A stretch of 64,000 nt of DNA from Carcharhinus amblyrhynchos (Eukaryota): contig OZ336891.1 in the NCBI GenBank assembly GCA_965287045.1, forward strand, positions 47,120,001 through 47,184,000, in the 5' to 3' direction. This document shows positions 24,280-37,102 of the stretch, piece after piece. Each line of letters opens with the position of its first letter. Position 1 is the first letter of the stretch. The notes below the pieces were generated by a model. The model worked only from the letters and a program-made list of their open reading frames with translations, was not told where the DNA came from and searched no databases. The position numbers were made by a program, and so were the translations under genes.

Positions 24280-24765
24280 TTTTTTTTAATTCACTCATGG
24301 CTGGCCAGCATTTATTGCCCATCCCTAGTTGCCCTTGTTCAGAGGGCAATTGAGAATCAACTACATTGCTGTGGATCTGGAGTCACATGTAAGCCAGACC
24401 GGGTAAGGACAGCAGATTTCCTTCCCTAAAGGACATTAGTGAACCATGGGCGGCATGGTAGCGCAGTGGTTAGCACTGCTGCTTCACAGCTCCAGGGTCC
24501 TTGGTTCGATTTCCCAGCTCGGGTCACTGTCTGTATGGAGTTTGCACATTCTCATCGTGTCTGTGTGGGTTTCCTCCAGGTACTCCGGTTTCCTCCCACA
24601 GTCCAAAGATGTGCGGGTTAGGTGAATTGGCTGTGCTAAGTTGCCTCTCAGGGTCAGGGGACTAGCTAGGGTAAATGGGGTTATGGGGATAGGTCCTGGG
24701 TGGGATTGTGGTCGGTGCAGACTCGATGGGCTAAGTGGCCTCTTTCTGCGCTGTAGGACTCTACG
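24280..24765. mobile_element. Family-2 SINE fragment (minus, 24280-24445) abutting a full HE1-like SINE with tail a (plus, 24448-24765)
   Basis: gcatttattgcccatccc...ggacattagtgaacca then gggcggcatggtagcgcagtggttagcactgctgc. Confidence 0.88.
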
Positions 24766-26292
24766 ACCCCTTCATCCTTCATTTTAGCTTAAATAAAGAG
24801 TCAGTCCCAAGTCGCAACAATCAAATAAACTTCATACTTGTAACAAATTGGTTAGATATTTGGAAATGAAAAAATTGCAGAGCTACAGGGAAACAGCCGG
24901 AATATGGGATTAATCGGACAGCTCTTTCAAATAGATGGGCTGGGCATCTTCTTTCCACGCTTATGATTCCATGAAATTATGTCCTAAATCTGTTTAATAT
25001 TTTCTCCACATCGTATATCTTCTCCTGATTGAGTGGTGTTGTACACAATCTGCTGCCAGATCTTTGCTGAGTGTTCTATTGACCTGACTAACTGCTCGAA
25101 AATGTCCAAGAACAGCTTGGTGTTAGGATGTGTGCCAACTCTGCCCTGCACCTCGCTAGTGTAGCAGATGCCACATTGCAGGCACAGTTACTTTGGCTCA
25201 GACTGGGAGAACCCTGTTGCAGTACTGTTACGTGTGGGAAATTGTGATACTTTCACAAGGCAGGTTGGAGTTTATGAATTTTTGGGTAAATTAAGTGCAG
25301 TGGAATATTGGCATGACACAGTGGCTTAATATGACGTGATTTAATTAGTGAGAGCTTGGGTTTTAAACACAGCCCTGGGTGATAAGATTAAAGAAATATC
25401 AGTTCAGGAACATGGAATACTTTTCAACATTCAGAGTCAGCTTAAAACACATCTGGAAAGTAAAGACCTCATCGCTTTAATGCATTAATGTTCTGTTGTT
25501 ATAATCTCCAATGGTTCACTCGCTGCTACACTATGGGGAATTATTTTCCAATTCCCAGCCATCTCAATTTGCTTTGACAATACAGATTGCCACTTGACCC
25601 AAAACCAAGAATGTTTTGTATTTTGCTTAGTTGGAAATGTTCTGAGAAGCCAAAATTTATTTTACAACTGTCAGAGAGCAGGTGAGCGATCAAAGCTTCT
25701 CAGTCTGGACTTAATCCAAGGTCACAGAAGTGAAATACTGGAGAGCAGAAGTGCTGGCGTGCAGACGAGAGGACAACTTCAATCTCTGGAACGTTGCAGC
25801 ACAAATAAAGTATATCAGAAATTTCTGATAACAAAGGGAGGGATCTTCCGGCAGCGCTTGCCCGAAGACCAGGAATTCCCATGGGAATGGGAGCGGGGGG
25901 AGGTTGATGGACCTGGAATGGTCTGATTCCTGTGGTGGGTGGGACGGGGAACTCTGGTCAAAGTGACATTAAAAGTGGAAAATGTGATTCGCTTAGATTT
26001 GCACAAGTCTTTGATAACGTTCCTCGTGACAGATTGTTACTGAACTGGAAAGTATCAGGCGGGCGATTCCCCAGTTAGAGCAGTTAGAACAGCGCAGTGG
26101 GCCAGGTTGGTCTGAACCGTGCTGGGATCAGAGTCCTGGCGAATCGTGTAAATAGGACTGTAGGTAGGGCTTTAAACTAATTGGGGGTGGGAGGGTGCGA
26201 GGGTAGGTGACATTACGGGGTCTAAAGTAAAGGAGAGGGTACAGGTAAAGGAAGAGGCCAAGGATGTCCCAATAATAAAGGGAGTAGGGGGC

Positions 26293-29155
26293 GTGAGTAT
26301 GGTCGGTGGCGTTCTGGCAAATAGGGTCCAGGTGAAGGCTGGGATGAAGGCGCTTTATCTGAATGCACGAAGCATTCGGAATAAAGTGGATGAGCTGGTG
26401 GCGCAGATCGACACAAATGGATATGATCTGGTGGCCATTACAGAGACGTGGCTGCAAGGTGACAGGGACTGGGAGCTGAATGTCCAGGGGTATCAAGTGT
26501 TTAGGAAGGATAGGCAGGAGGAAAAAGTGGGGGGGCGTAGCTCTGCTGATTAAGGATAGCATCAGGGTGGTAGCAAGGGATGATATAGGAACCAAAGAGC
26601 AGAAAGTGGAGTCGTTGTGGGTAGAGATTAGGAACAGCAAAGGGAAGATGACGCTGGTGGGTGTCGTTTATAGGCCCCCAAATAATGATCTGGAGGTGGG
26701 GCGGGCTGTTAACGCGCAAATAAGTGCGGCGTGCAGGAATGGAACGGCGATAATTATGGGGGATTTCAATCTACATATTGATTGGCTGACCCATGTTGGA
26801 CGCGGTGGGCTTGAGGAGGAGTTCTTGGAATGCTGCCGGGATAGTTTCCTTGAACAGTGTGTGTTGGAGCCGACGAGGGAGTGAGCTATCTTGGATCTGG
26901 TGTTATGTAATGAGGCGGGTAAAATTAGGGACCTTGTGGTGAAGGATCCCCTTGGGAAGAGTGATCATTGTATGGTGGAGTTTCTGATGCAGATGGAGGA
27001 GGAGAAAGTGGGTTCCTGGACATGTGTCCTTTGTTTGAACAGAGGGGAGTACGGTAGGATGAGAGAGGAATTGGCGAATGTTGATTGGGGGAGCGCGTTG
27101 GAAGGTAGGTCTGCTGAGGAACAGTGGAGGATCTTTAAGGAAATCTTTCTTGGTGCTCAGCAGAAATTTATTCCAATGGTTAAAAAGGATCGTAGGAGGA
27201 GAGGTAATAAGCCGTGGATAACGAAGGAGGTGAAGGAAAGTGTTAAATTAAAAGCAGAGGCGTTTAGAGTAGCTAAGAGTAGTGGGCGAGAAGGGGATTG
27301 GGAGAGGTTTAAATGTCAACAAAGATTGACAAAGAAGTTGATAAAGAAGGGTAGGAGAAACTATGAAGCTGGGCTAGCGCTTAACATAAAAACGGATAGC
27401 AAGAGTTTTTATAAATATATGAAAAGGAAGAGGCTGGCTAGGGTGAACGTTGGACCCTTAGAGGATGAGAGGGAGGACTTAGTGGTAGGGGATGGGGAAA
27501 TGGCTGAGGCCTTGAATAACTTTTTTGTTTTGGTCTTCACGGAGGACGACGTGAATAATTTGCTGGGTGTTAGAGATGGAAAGGTGGTAGGAGTGGAGGG
27601 CCTGAATGACATTATTGTTACTAGAGAGACAGTGCTCGACAGACTGGAGGGACTGATTGTGGACAAGTCCCCAGGTCCGGATGGAATGCATCCAAGGGCT
27701 CTGAAAGAAATGGCGGAGGTGATAGTGGATGCCTTGGTGATTATTTTCCAAACGTCGCTGGGTTCCGGGGAAGTGCCAGAAGATTGGAAAACGGCTAATG
27801 TTACGCCGTTGTTTAAGAAGGGTGGCAGGCAAAAGGCGGGGAATTATAGGCCGGTTAGTTTAACGTCTGTTGTAGGTAAAATGTTAGAATCCGTGATCAA
27901 GGAGAAAATAGTGAGGCATCTTGAGGAGAATTGTTTGATAGAGCAGACGCAGCATGGTTTCGTTAAGGGGAAGTCGTGTCAAACGAATTTATTGGAGTTC
28001 TATGAGGATGTGTCTCGGGCGGTGGATAGAGGAGAGCCGGTGGATGTGGTGTTTCTTGATTTTCAGAAGGCATTTGACAAGGTGCCTCACAAGAGGTTAT
28101 TACAGAAGGTCAGGGGGCATGGAGTTGGGGGTATGGTGTTAGCGTGGATAGAGGATTGGCTGTCAAATAGGAGGCAGAGAGTGGGGGTCAATGGGTGCTA
28201 TTCGGATTGGTGGTTGGTGACTAGTGGAGTGCCCCAGGGGTCGGTGCTGGGGCCTCAGCTATTCACCATTTATATAGATGATCTGGAGGAGGGAACCGAG
28301 TGTATGGTGTCGAAATTTGCTGATGACACCAAGATTGGTGGAACGGCAAATTGTGCGGAGGGTGTGGAGAGTCTGCAGAAGGATCTAGATAGGCTGGGCG
28401 AATGGGCCAGGAAATGGCAAATGGAATTTAATGTTGGCAAGTGTGAGGTGGTCCACTTTGGTAGGAATAATGGTAGGAAGGACTATTACTTACGTGGCGA
28501 AAAACTGCAGCAGGCGACGGTGCAGAGGGACCTCGGGGTCCTTGTGCATGAGTCGCAAAAACCCAGCTTGCAGGTGCAGCAGGTGGTCAGGAAGGCGAAT
28601 GGGATGCTGGCCTTCATAGCGAGGGGGGTTGAATATAAAAGTAGGGAGGTCTTGCTGTGGCTGTATAGGGCACTGGTGAGGCCACAGCTGGAGTACTGTG
28701 TGCAGTTTTGGTCGCCGCACCTGCGCAAAGATATTTTGGCCTTGGAGGGAGTGCAGAGGAGGTTTACTAGGCTGATACCAGAGTTGAGGGGGTTGAACTA
28801 TGAGGAGAGGCTGAATAAACTAGGCTTGTACTCGTTAGAGTTTAGAAGAATGAGGGGAGATCTCATTGAGACGTATAAGATGATGAATGGGATGGATAGG
28901 ATAGAGGTGGAGAGACTCTTCCCGCTCAGAAAGGACAGTAGGACTAGGGGGCACAGCCTCAAGATAAAGGGGGGGAGGTTTAGAACGGAGTTGAGGAGGA
29001 ACTTCTTCACTCAAAGGGTGGTGAATCTCTGGAATTCTCTGCCCGTTGAAGTGGTGGAGGCTGCCTCGCTAAATATTTTTAAGTCGCGGGTTGATGGGTT
29101 TTTGATAAGCGAGGGGATTGAGGGTTATGGGGAGAGGGCGGGAAAGTGGAACTGA
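26293..29155 (+). pseudogene. CR1 ORF2 (APE endonuclease + reverse transcriptase) with one +1 frameshift and one in-frame stop
   Basis: YLNARSI/ITETWL (26293 frame); GVVYRPP/MGDFN (26480 frame); TGA at 26882-26884, then the same frame continues: SDH, DFQKAFDKVPH, GVPQGSVLGP, FADDTK to the stop at 29155. Confidence 0.95.
26891..29155 (+). CDS. Uninterrupted 754-codon RT-containing portion of CR1 ORF2
   Basis: ORF track; all non-LTR RT motifs present. Confidence 0.85.
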   Translation: MDLVLCNEAGKIRDLVVKDPLGKSDHCMVEFLMQMEEEKVGSWTCVLCLNRGEYGRMREELANVDWGSALEGRSAEEQWRIFKEIFLGAQQKFIPMVKKDRRRRGNKPWITKEVKESVKLKAEAFRVAKSSGREGDWERFKCQQRLTKKLIKKGRRNYEAGLALNIKTDSKSFYKYMKRKRLARVNVGPLEDEREDLVVGDGEMAEALNNFFVLVFTEDDVNNLLGVRDGKVVGVEGLNDIIVTRETVLDRLEGLIVDKSPGPDGMHPRALKEMAEVIVDALVIIFQTSLGSGEVPEDWKTANVTPLFKKGGRQKAGNYRPVSLTSVVGKMLESVIKEKIVRHLEENCLIEQTQHGFVKGKSCQTNLLEFYEDVSRAVDRGEPVDVVFLDFQKAFDKVPHKRLLQKVRGHGVGGMVLAWIEDWLSNRRQRVGVNGCYSDWWLVTSGVPQGSVLGPQLFTIYIDDLEEGTECMVSKFADDTKIGGTANCAEGVESLQKDLDRLGEWARKWQMEFNVGKCEVVHFGRNNGRKDYYLRGEKLQQATVQRDLGVLVHESQKPSLQVQQVVRKANGMLAFIARGVEYKSREVLLWLYRALVRPQLEYCVQFWSPHLRKDILALEGVQRRFTRLIPELRGLNYEERLNKLGLYSLEFRRMRGDLIETYKMMNGMDRIEVERLFPLRKDSRTRGHSLKIKGGRFRTELRRNFFTQRVVNLWNSLPVEVVEAASLNIFKSRVDGFLISEGIEGYGERAGKWN

Positions 29156-30244
29156 GCCACGACAGATCAGCCATGATCTTATTGAATGGCGGGGCAGGCT
29201 CGAAGGGCTAGATGGCCTACTCCTGCTCCTATTTCTTATGTTCTTATGTTTCGGAGACACCGGCGGAGACCATTTTGCAGGTTTTCCGCTGGGCATCATG
29301 ACCTCCGCGTGTCTCCCAGCCAATGATTTCCAGCGTCATCAGCTCTGTGCCGAAAATCTGGGCCCACTAGTCTTTCACACTCCCCCATTGTCCCTTGATG
29401 CCCAGGGCCATTTTGGCACTGCCAACTAGGCATGGGGTAGTGCCAAGAAAGTGGGGCCTAATGGGGGCATGTTCTGATGGGGGTGGGGCCTCTGGGTGGA
29501 GATTGGTGGGGCCGGGGGGTTCTGCTGCCACTCTACAGCCAGGATCGGTGGGCGAGGGAGGGAGGATAGCGATCGTGACTAGCCATCGGTGGTGGGGGTT
29601 AGGGGATGTGTAGCCAGCTGGTGGGAGGGGGACGGTGGGGCGGCTGTAGGGGGGGATCAGCACTGTGAGGGTGGGTGTGTTGGGACTGCTAGTGGAAGGG
29701 GGGGGTGGGAGAGTTAGGAGTGTCAGTGGTGGAAGGGGAGGGCGGGTGGAGAGGGATTGAGGCAGGCTGGGAATGGGGATGTCGGTGCTGGGCCCAGACA
29801 TGTCTGGGGGTCCAGTAAGTGGACCATGGTGAGCGGGGGGGGTGGGGGTTTGCACAGCCAGTGAAGCGGGGGTCATGAGGCTGGCCAACTATCTTGGCAT
29901 GGACAGTTCGGCGCGTGTGCAGTGGCCCATTCAGTGGCAATAGATTTTCTGTGTGGTTCACATTAATGCACTCAGCAATGCACAGATTGTGGGACATTCA
30001 TTTTTAAACTCCTGCTGAAAAAAACCAGCATGATTTACTCCAGTTTTAACGCAAGTTCGACACTTGGAATTTTTTTGGGAGATTCACCCCCCTGATATCA
30101 GATCAACTGACTGTTTTAAACATGTTCTGACTATATTTCCCAGACTTCAAACCATTCACAAAGTAAATCAGTGGACAGCAGGAATAAACAAAACATTTAA
30201 ATAATTAGTCATAACTATCAGACCAGTTGAGTATCATTTAGGAG

Positions 30245-30647
30245 ATTTGATTTGATTTGATTTATTATTGTTACATGTATTAACGTACAGTGAAAAGTAT
30301 TGTTTCTTGTGTGCAATACAGACAAGGCATACCGTTCATTGAGAAGGAAGTGAAAGAGTGCAGAATGTAGGTTACAGTCATAGTTAGGGTGTAGAGAAAG
30401 ATCAACTTAATGTGAGGTTGGTCCATTCGAAAGTCTGACAGCAGCAGGGAAGAAGCTGTTTAGAGTCCGAAGGTACATGACCTCAGACTTTTGTATCTTT
30501 TTCTGGACGGAAGAAGGTGGAAGAGAGAATGTCCGGGGTGCGTGGAGTCCTTAATTATGCTGGCTGCTTTGCCAAGGCAGCGGAAAGTGTGGACAGAGTC
30601 AATGGATGGGAGGCTGGTTTGCGCGATGCATTGGGCTACATTCACAA
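30245..30647 (-). mobile_element. Rex1/Babar LINE 3' end
   Basis: THPGHSLFHLLPSRKRYKSLR; (tgatt)n tail on the plus strand. Confidence 0.88.
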
Positions 30648-31254
30648 ACTAAAATTGTACCATGCCTTGGTCAGGCCTGCACTGTGTTGGGTTTTGGGCA
30701 CCATGTTACAAATCAGTCAAGTTACGTAAGTAGGGCAGAGAAAATCGATAACTCTTGATCTCTTAAAGATTGAAAGTGGACTTTCTTGAAATGGAGAAGG
30801 TGCTAAGGCTAAATTTAGAGCATTGGATCATTAAACTATTAGACCAAGAGACTTAAACCAGTGATGGGGATATTTATGGTAGAAGACAGGAAACATTTTC
30901 TCATGTTCAAATTAATCAGCATCTGTCATGTATTCATGTTATCCTAGTGGGAATGGGAATTACAGATTAATTCAAGGGTTAGTGATGGAGGAATCTTGAT
31001 TTGTCTTATATCTGGCAGTAATGAACCAAGATAAGTTTTACGACTTTTCTTCTGTGATATTTCTCCTGTGATGTTGCACAGGAACTGTCAATCAGGAATT
31101 CCTGCAATCTGGATTGGAGTCAAGGAACATTAGGAGAGAATTCCAAACATCCTGAGATGTTTTTGGGATAGTTGACATGTTATAAATCAAACTAAAAAAA
31201 GCAATAATGTTTGGCATGTAAGGCATGTGCTTGTTTGAAAAGAAGCACTGGTGG

Positions 31255-31720
31255 TGTTTTTCTTCCGTTCGTTCACGGGATGCTAATTGGGCATTACTGG
31301 CAAGACCAGAATTTGTTGTCCGTCCCTCACATGCTCTTGAGAAGTTGGCATGAGCTGCTTTCTTGAACCACTGCTGTCCATCCACAGTAAGTAAATGTAG
31401 AGTTCCAGTGGGGAGGGAGTTCCAGGATTTTGATCTGGCAACGCTAGATGTAATTCCGAGTCAGGATGGTGTGTGGCATGGAGGGGAACTTGGAGGTGGT
31501 CACATTCCTATGTATCTGCTGCCCTTGTCCTTCTAGATGTTGAAGAAGCTTTTAATGTATCTTGTGTATGATACACACTGCAGTGAGCCAGTGATGGAGG
31601 GAAGGGGTGATTCTATGAGTACGATGACGTCAGGCTGTGTCTTAACCAGCCTGGGGGAACAACTCTTCTAACTTTAGCACAATTTTCCAGATGTTAATGT
31701 GGAACCATTGGTAGGAGTCA
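31255..31720 (-). mobile_element. Family-B CR1-group LINE 3' fragment
   Basis: Minus strand KILELPP, QQWFKKAAH and the shared tail. Confidence 0.65.
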
Positions 31721-32433
31721 CTGGACATTGTAGATGGAATTTTACTGGTCTGTCCGCCCAAAGTTTGTACGATCCCGTCCAAGGCCAATGGAGAATGTCA
31801 TTCTCCGAGCCTTGCCCGCCCCCAGAATTCGGATGGGTGTGCAGGTAAAATTTTGGTCGGTACCTTCATTGGTGGCGAAGGTGTTGCTGTTGTAATATGC
31901 CTTTAAAGACTAGCAACATGATATCACCCGAAGGGAAGAATGTCATGTGATCCAGTTTTTGTTTCAATTATACCTGTAAGCAGAATACAGCACTGCTTGG
32001 ATGTCTTCAAGCTTTTTATCCATGAGTATCAGTTCCTAGTCTTAATAAATAAACTCATCATATCTTTATCCAATCCCTTAGCAGTGATTGGTACTTTTAT
32101 ATCGTTATAACAACACAACATGGCATTCTGCAAGATTAATTTCAGGTAGGACATACTGAATAGCCTTAGATCATGCTGCTTGGCATCAGATAATGTTTGA
32201 CATTCTGGTCAGTTGGCAATGGAAATGCAATTTCGGAGAGTGTTGAATTTGGATTGTGGTGACTGTACTGCTTGGAAGATGCAGAGCTCAAACTAAAAGC
32301 TGCAAAGAAGCTGGATCCCTTAAGGTGACATAACCTGTCAGTCCAGTGAGTGGAATAGCATGTTGAGAGGACCAGCACTGGGTTCAATTGGGAAAAGTGA
32401 GTGACCAGTGTGTGAGTCGGATTAATAGTGATT

Positions 32434-32735
32434 GCAGCACGGTGGCACAGTGGTTAGCACTGCTGCCTCATAATGCCAGGGACCTGGGTTTGATTCCGGC
32501 CTTGAGTGACTGTCTGTGTGGAGTTTGCATGTTCTCCCCATGTCTGCGTGGGTTTTCTCTGGGTGCTCCTCCCACAATCCGAAGATGTGTGTGTTATGTT
32601 AATTGATCGTGCAAAATTGCCCCTTAGTGTCTGGGTGATTAGCAGGATAAATATACGGGGTTACAGGGATGGGGCCTGGGTGAGATTCTTGTTGGTGCAG
32701 GCCCGCTGAGCTGAATGCCCTCCTTTTGCACTGTA
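32434..32735 (+). mobile_element. HE1-like SINE, tail a
   Basis: gcagcacggtggcacagtggttagcactgctgcctca... Confidence 0.9.
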
Positions 32736-32994
32736 TGAAGGCAAATAAATAAACCATGATAACACTGGGCCAGAGGAGGTTAGCATTATGACAGGTAGCT
32801 TCAGGGAGTTACTGAAACAAATGGGAAGGTCAATTGGAGAGTGTCGGAATGTCCACAAAATTCCTCAGTTTGAATGGGGGTGCAGAGGACCCAATATCTC
32901 TCACGCTGATGCATCACAGCCAAGAATTACTCCTGGGCCGATTGAACTTCATAAAGGGAGGTGTGTGTTTTTAAAAGAAAGACAAGCAAAGATA

Positions 32995-33275
32995 GTTTAG
33001 TTTATTAGTGTCACAAGTAGGCTTACATTAACACTGCAATGAAGTTACTGTGAAAATCCCCGAGTCATTACATTCCGGTGCCTGTTCGGATACACTGAGG
33101 GAGAATTTAGCTCAGCCAGTGGACCCCTAACCAGCATGTCTTTCAGACTATAAAAGGAAACTGGAGCACCTGGAGGAAACTAACGCAGACACTGGGAGAA
33201 CGTGCAGACTCCACACAGACAGTGACATAAGCCGGGTCCCTGGTGCTGTGAGGCAGCAGTGCTAACCACTGTGCT
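32995..33275 (-). mobile_element. HE1-like SINE, tail b
   Basis: tttattagtgtcacaagtaggcttacattaacactgcaatgaagttactgtg...gaggcagcagtgctaaccactg. Confidence 0.9.
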
Positions 33276-35164
33276 CCGACCCCTCCCAGCTCTCTGCCCC
33301 ACCCTTCCCCTGCCCAACCCTTCCTCCCCACCAACTCCTACCCCTCCCAATCTCTGGCCCCAAGTCTCTCCCCCACCAGCTCTGACCCCTGACCCACCCC
33401 CTGCCCCACGCCTGTGAGCTAATCATGTTTTTTAAAAAAGCCTTTCTGTAAAGGTACACTAACACTACGGATGTTAGTGGGACACAGAAAAGCCAGCCAT
33501 CTCCTGCAAAGGCAGCTTATAGGAAAAAGCTATCTTTCTCTCTCTCCCTCTGTTTATGGAAGAAATCTGAAAAAAAGCAACAAGCTAAAAGAACTCGGAA
33601 AGCCTTTCAGTCCCCCTGAAGAATCCAGTGTCCCTAGACTAATTGCTAACCTGCCAAAGTCAGCTGTACTGGAATCACCTAATTTAATGGCTGCAACATT
33701 TTGTTACATACGCTCATGGGCAAACCAAAGACTAATCCATTTAAGAAAAAATTTTTATCCGGACTTTTAACTTCTCATCTGATCTGTGTGTGATTATGTA
33801 TTGCGTGCTTTATTATTTCCTTATCTTTTTGACTAATGACGTTTTGACTCAAAAAGGCCTTGGCTACTTCTAAGAAGTAAATATGTTTGGATTGAAAAAA
33901 GTATTCATGGGGAAGGAATTCCTTTTAGATTAACCTCGTTTTAAATGAAGCTATTTTGATCCCCTTGTGATCAAAGGAAGCAATATAGAACAGTGAATAA
34001 AGAAGGAAAGCCAGCTAATACCTCCTCACCCAGGAGAATAATAACATTGGGGTCCCACCTGAGAAGTTAAGAAATTTAGGATTTATTTGGAGAGCAGTTA
34101 TATCCAAATTCACAGTGTTGAAACCGTCTACAGAGCTATGGCTTCTCAAGTCAGGTGTGTTTGAACCAGACAAGCAAGCCATTAAAATTCACCCAACAAT
34201 TGGGAATGAAGGTCTATACAGGCTGTAAATGTTAGGAATAATAGCAGAAGAACTAAAGGATCCCCAAAAGATAAGGAGCACATTGGAAGGCCAGTTCAGA
34301 ATCAAGTTAAACCTCCGTATTCATTGACCAGAGTTCATGTCATTTTGACAACTGCCTATAAAATCTATAGACCACTTCAAGTTTGTCTCCAGGATCCCAT
34401 GGAATGTACATGGCAACCTGTCAAAATGACAAGATTTGCGCAGAACCAAGGTCCTATGACATCATTACACACAAACGCGCAATAGTGATGCATAACTGAG
34501 GATTAAATCAGATCCTTTCCATTTCTTCCACCACCCTACAGTCCCATTGCACCAGGACTAGATTTCAAATACAACCAGAAGTAAAATCCAAAAACAACAA
34601 TCCCACAGATCACTTTGAACAATGAAAGAAACTTCCAGACCAGGTTACCATTGCACGGTCTGGGTATGCTAGCAGATTACCCTTCACTATAGAGAATCAT
34701 GGATTCATCAGTTCCATGTGCTGATGTAATAGTAAGTTAACAAGAATATGTATTGCAAATAATTCCACCTTTAAAAAGAAAGGGTTATATTATGTTATGC
34801 CTTTAAAGGATAACAGCATGAAGTCACTAGAAGGGAAGTGTGTCGTGAGGTCTAATCTTTTAGTTTCACGTTTACCTGTGAGCAAAACAGAGCATATCTC
34901 TCATGCTTTCAGGCATTCTATTCATATTTATCTGTTTTCATGTGCCTGGTCTACATTAATGAACCCACAGCATGTTTACCCCATCCCCTATGAGTAATTG
35001 TTGCTTTTATATTATTATAACAACAGGACAGATGCTAGATGGTGCAATTTTTACTCTAGTTTTGCATAGTCATTTGATACAACCATGTAGTTGCGAGGGT
35101 GATTACACACACCGACAACCCCACAGCTACAGGTCACATATAGGTTACACTGGATGTACATGTC

Positions 35165-35420
35165 CTTCCTTAAAGGACATTCGAGAACCAGATGGGTTTT
35201 TGCGATTATTTGGTAGTTTCATGATCATCGTTATTGATATTTTTTTTTTTGCTAGAATTATTTAATTAACTGAAATTAAATTCCCCCCGCTGGCATGGTG
35301 GGATTTGAACCAATGATTCCTGATCATCAGGCCAGGTCCCAGGATAGCTTAGCACAATAACAGTAATGGTAACTAGTCTAGTAAGGCAGCGGCTATGGCG
35401 TAATGGTATATACTGATCAC
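35165..35420 (-). mobile_element. Family-2 SINE fragment
   Basis: ttccttaaaggacattcgagaaccagatggg...ggtgggatttgaac. Confidence 0.7.
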
Positions 35421-36507
35421 TATATCCATAAAATTCTGATCCAGGACCCTGATCCAAAATTCTGATCCATAGAAACATAGAACATTACAGCACAGTACAG
35501 GCCCTTTGGCCCTCAATGTTGTGCCGAGCTATGTCCAATCCCAAGATCAAGCTATCCCCTCCCTATAATCGCCTCCCTGTATGATCCAGATCCTATTAGT
35601 GACATTTGGAGTCTTTCCTCCATTCTCTATTCTAACACAGGCATCAACTTATTTTAAATAGATTAAATCTCATGGTTGAATGTAATAGAGCCAGCAATGT
35701 GATTGTTTTACACTAATATAGATAAAAGGGAGAGCATATCACCTTAAATAACACCAGGCAATATCTGGAGAGTTGGGTTTTCCTGTAATTGTGATTTAGT
35801 CAAACACACTTTAACACTGATAAATAGAAAAGCAGCCTTGATGGGCACTCAGCTGTGACTTGCTTTAAGGATCTGATATTCACGCGAGACACCAGGAACA
35901 GGACATGAGAGGCAGGATTTTCCTTTATTTCAGTGGGCTTACTGTTGATGGCAGGCTGCACATTGTAAAAAAAATTTGGACCGGGATTCATTATGTTGGA
36001 TCTCTGCCCATTTGTGCGCCCAATCAGCCTTTGTAGCAGCACTTTTACTGCTGCCAGAAGTGGAGTTAGTGCAATGGAGCTTATGTCGCAGGATTAGTAA
36101 TCCAGAGGCCGAGAATAATGTTGCGGGAGACAAAGACACTGCTAAGGGCACTGGGAAATCCCAGTCAAGTGTTAGCCAGCTGGGACATGCCCATGCCCAC
36201 TTCTGGTTTAACCCAGGAGGGTTTTCAGGCAAGTAGAGAATGCTCGTGCCGTTGTTGAGTAAACCATTATCAACTACAAAGAGGCAATTAACTCCAAACT
36301 TAACCCAACAATCTAGTCAGTGCAGTCGTTTCCTGAACTGTGCAAAAATTGCCAGGGTCACTGAGGTGAGAGTGTGGCAAAGAGCTCAGTGAGACTGACG
36401 CACTGGGAAGCCTTTAAAGAAAGAAATTGCGAATCCAGTGACCAGTCTAAGCCAGTGCTCGCAGGTTTTGTGTTAAGTGCCTGAATTTGGTGGTTTGTGA
36501 GTCAAAC

Positions 36508-36820
36508 AGGCACGGTGGCACAGTGGTTAACATTGCTGCCTCACAGCGCCAGGGACCTGGGCTCGATTCCGGCCCTGGGTTACTGTCTATGCGGAGTTTG
36601 CACGTTCTCCCCGTGTCTGCGTGGGTTTCCTCCGAGCATTTTGGTTTCCTCCTACAGTCCAAAGGTGTGTGGGTTAAGTGGATTGGCCACACTAACTTAC
36701 TCCCTAGTGCCAGATGGATTAGCTAGGGTAAATACATGGGGTTATGTGCTTAGGGCCTGGGTGGGATTGTCGTCGGTACAGACTCGTTGGGCCGAATGGC
36801 CTCCCGTTACACTGTAAGAT
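36508..36820 (+). mobile_element. HE1-like SINE, tail a
   Basis: ggcacggtggcacagtggttaacattgctgcctcacagcgccagggacc... Confidence 0.92.
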
Positions 36821-37102
36821 TGAACGAATTCTTTTTATTCTACGAACTTTCTCAAATTTTTGTAAGAGTTTTCAACTTGGAGTTTATTCAGCTTCATATC
36901 AGGTTTCTTGCTGAAACTCTCACTGCTTATACGGTGATAACCTGGAACTCTGATCAATAGCAGCAACACTGGCCTCCCCTATAGCCGCGTGCCGCAGGGT
37001 AGTGGGAGTGGACACGGTGCTCGAATGAGGCACAGGGTCTACACACAGCGGGTGAGCTTACCCAGCGTGACAGAGCAGCAGGAGGCAGGTCCTCACTGAC
37101 AC

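Larger units (their letters stand above)
26111..29250 (+). mobile_element. Young 5'-truncated CR1 LINE (end of ORF1, full ORF2, 3' UTR, (tcttatgt)n tail)
   Basis: ORF1 end LNRAGIRVLANRVNRTVGRALN* (stop 26178-26180); EN and RT motifs; tail ctcctatttcttatgttcttatgtt. Confidence 0.97.
26058..30092. mobile_element. Harbinger-type MITE hosting the young CR1 (MITE parts 26058-26110 and 29251-30092)
   Basis: Termini ggcgggcgattcccc ... gggagattcacccc; G-rich interior 29450-29880. Confidence 0.5.
31888..35030 (+). mobile_element. Decayed Ty3/Gypsy-like LTR retrotransposon: 5' LTR 31888-32120, 3' LTR 34788-35030, integrase C-terminal remnant ~34380-34690
   Basis: Homologous LTRs (atgcctttaaag...gaagggaag...ttttatat..ttataacaaca); tgg after the 5' LTR; PPT aaaaagaaaggg 34773-34784; flanks gttgc/gatgc; VCLQDP..TWQP, EPRSYDI, VTIARSG motifs. 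Confidence 0.75.

Noticed and set aside
29367-29888. 173-aa proline-rich ORF
   Set aside because: Translation of the G-rich interior of a MITE; low complexity.
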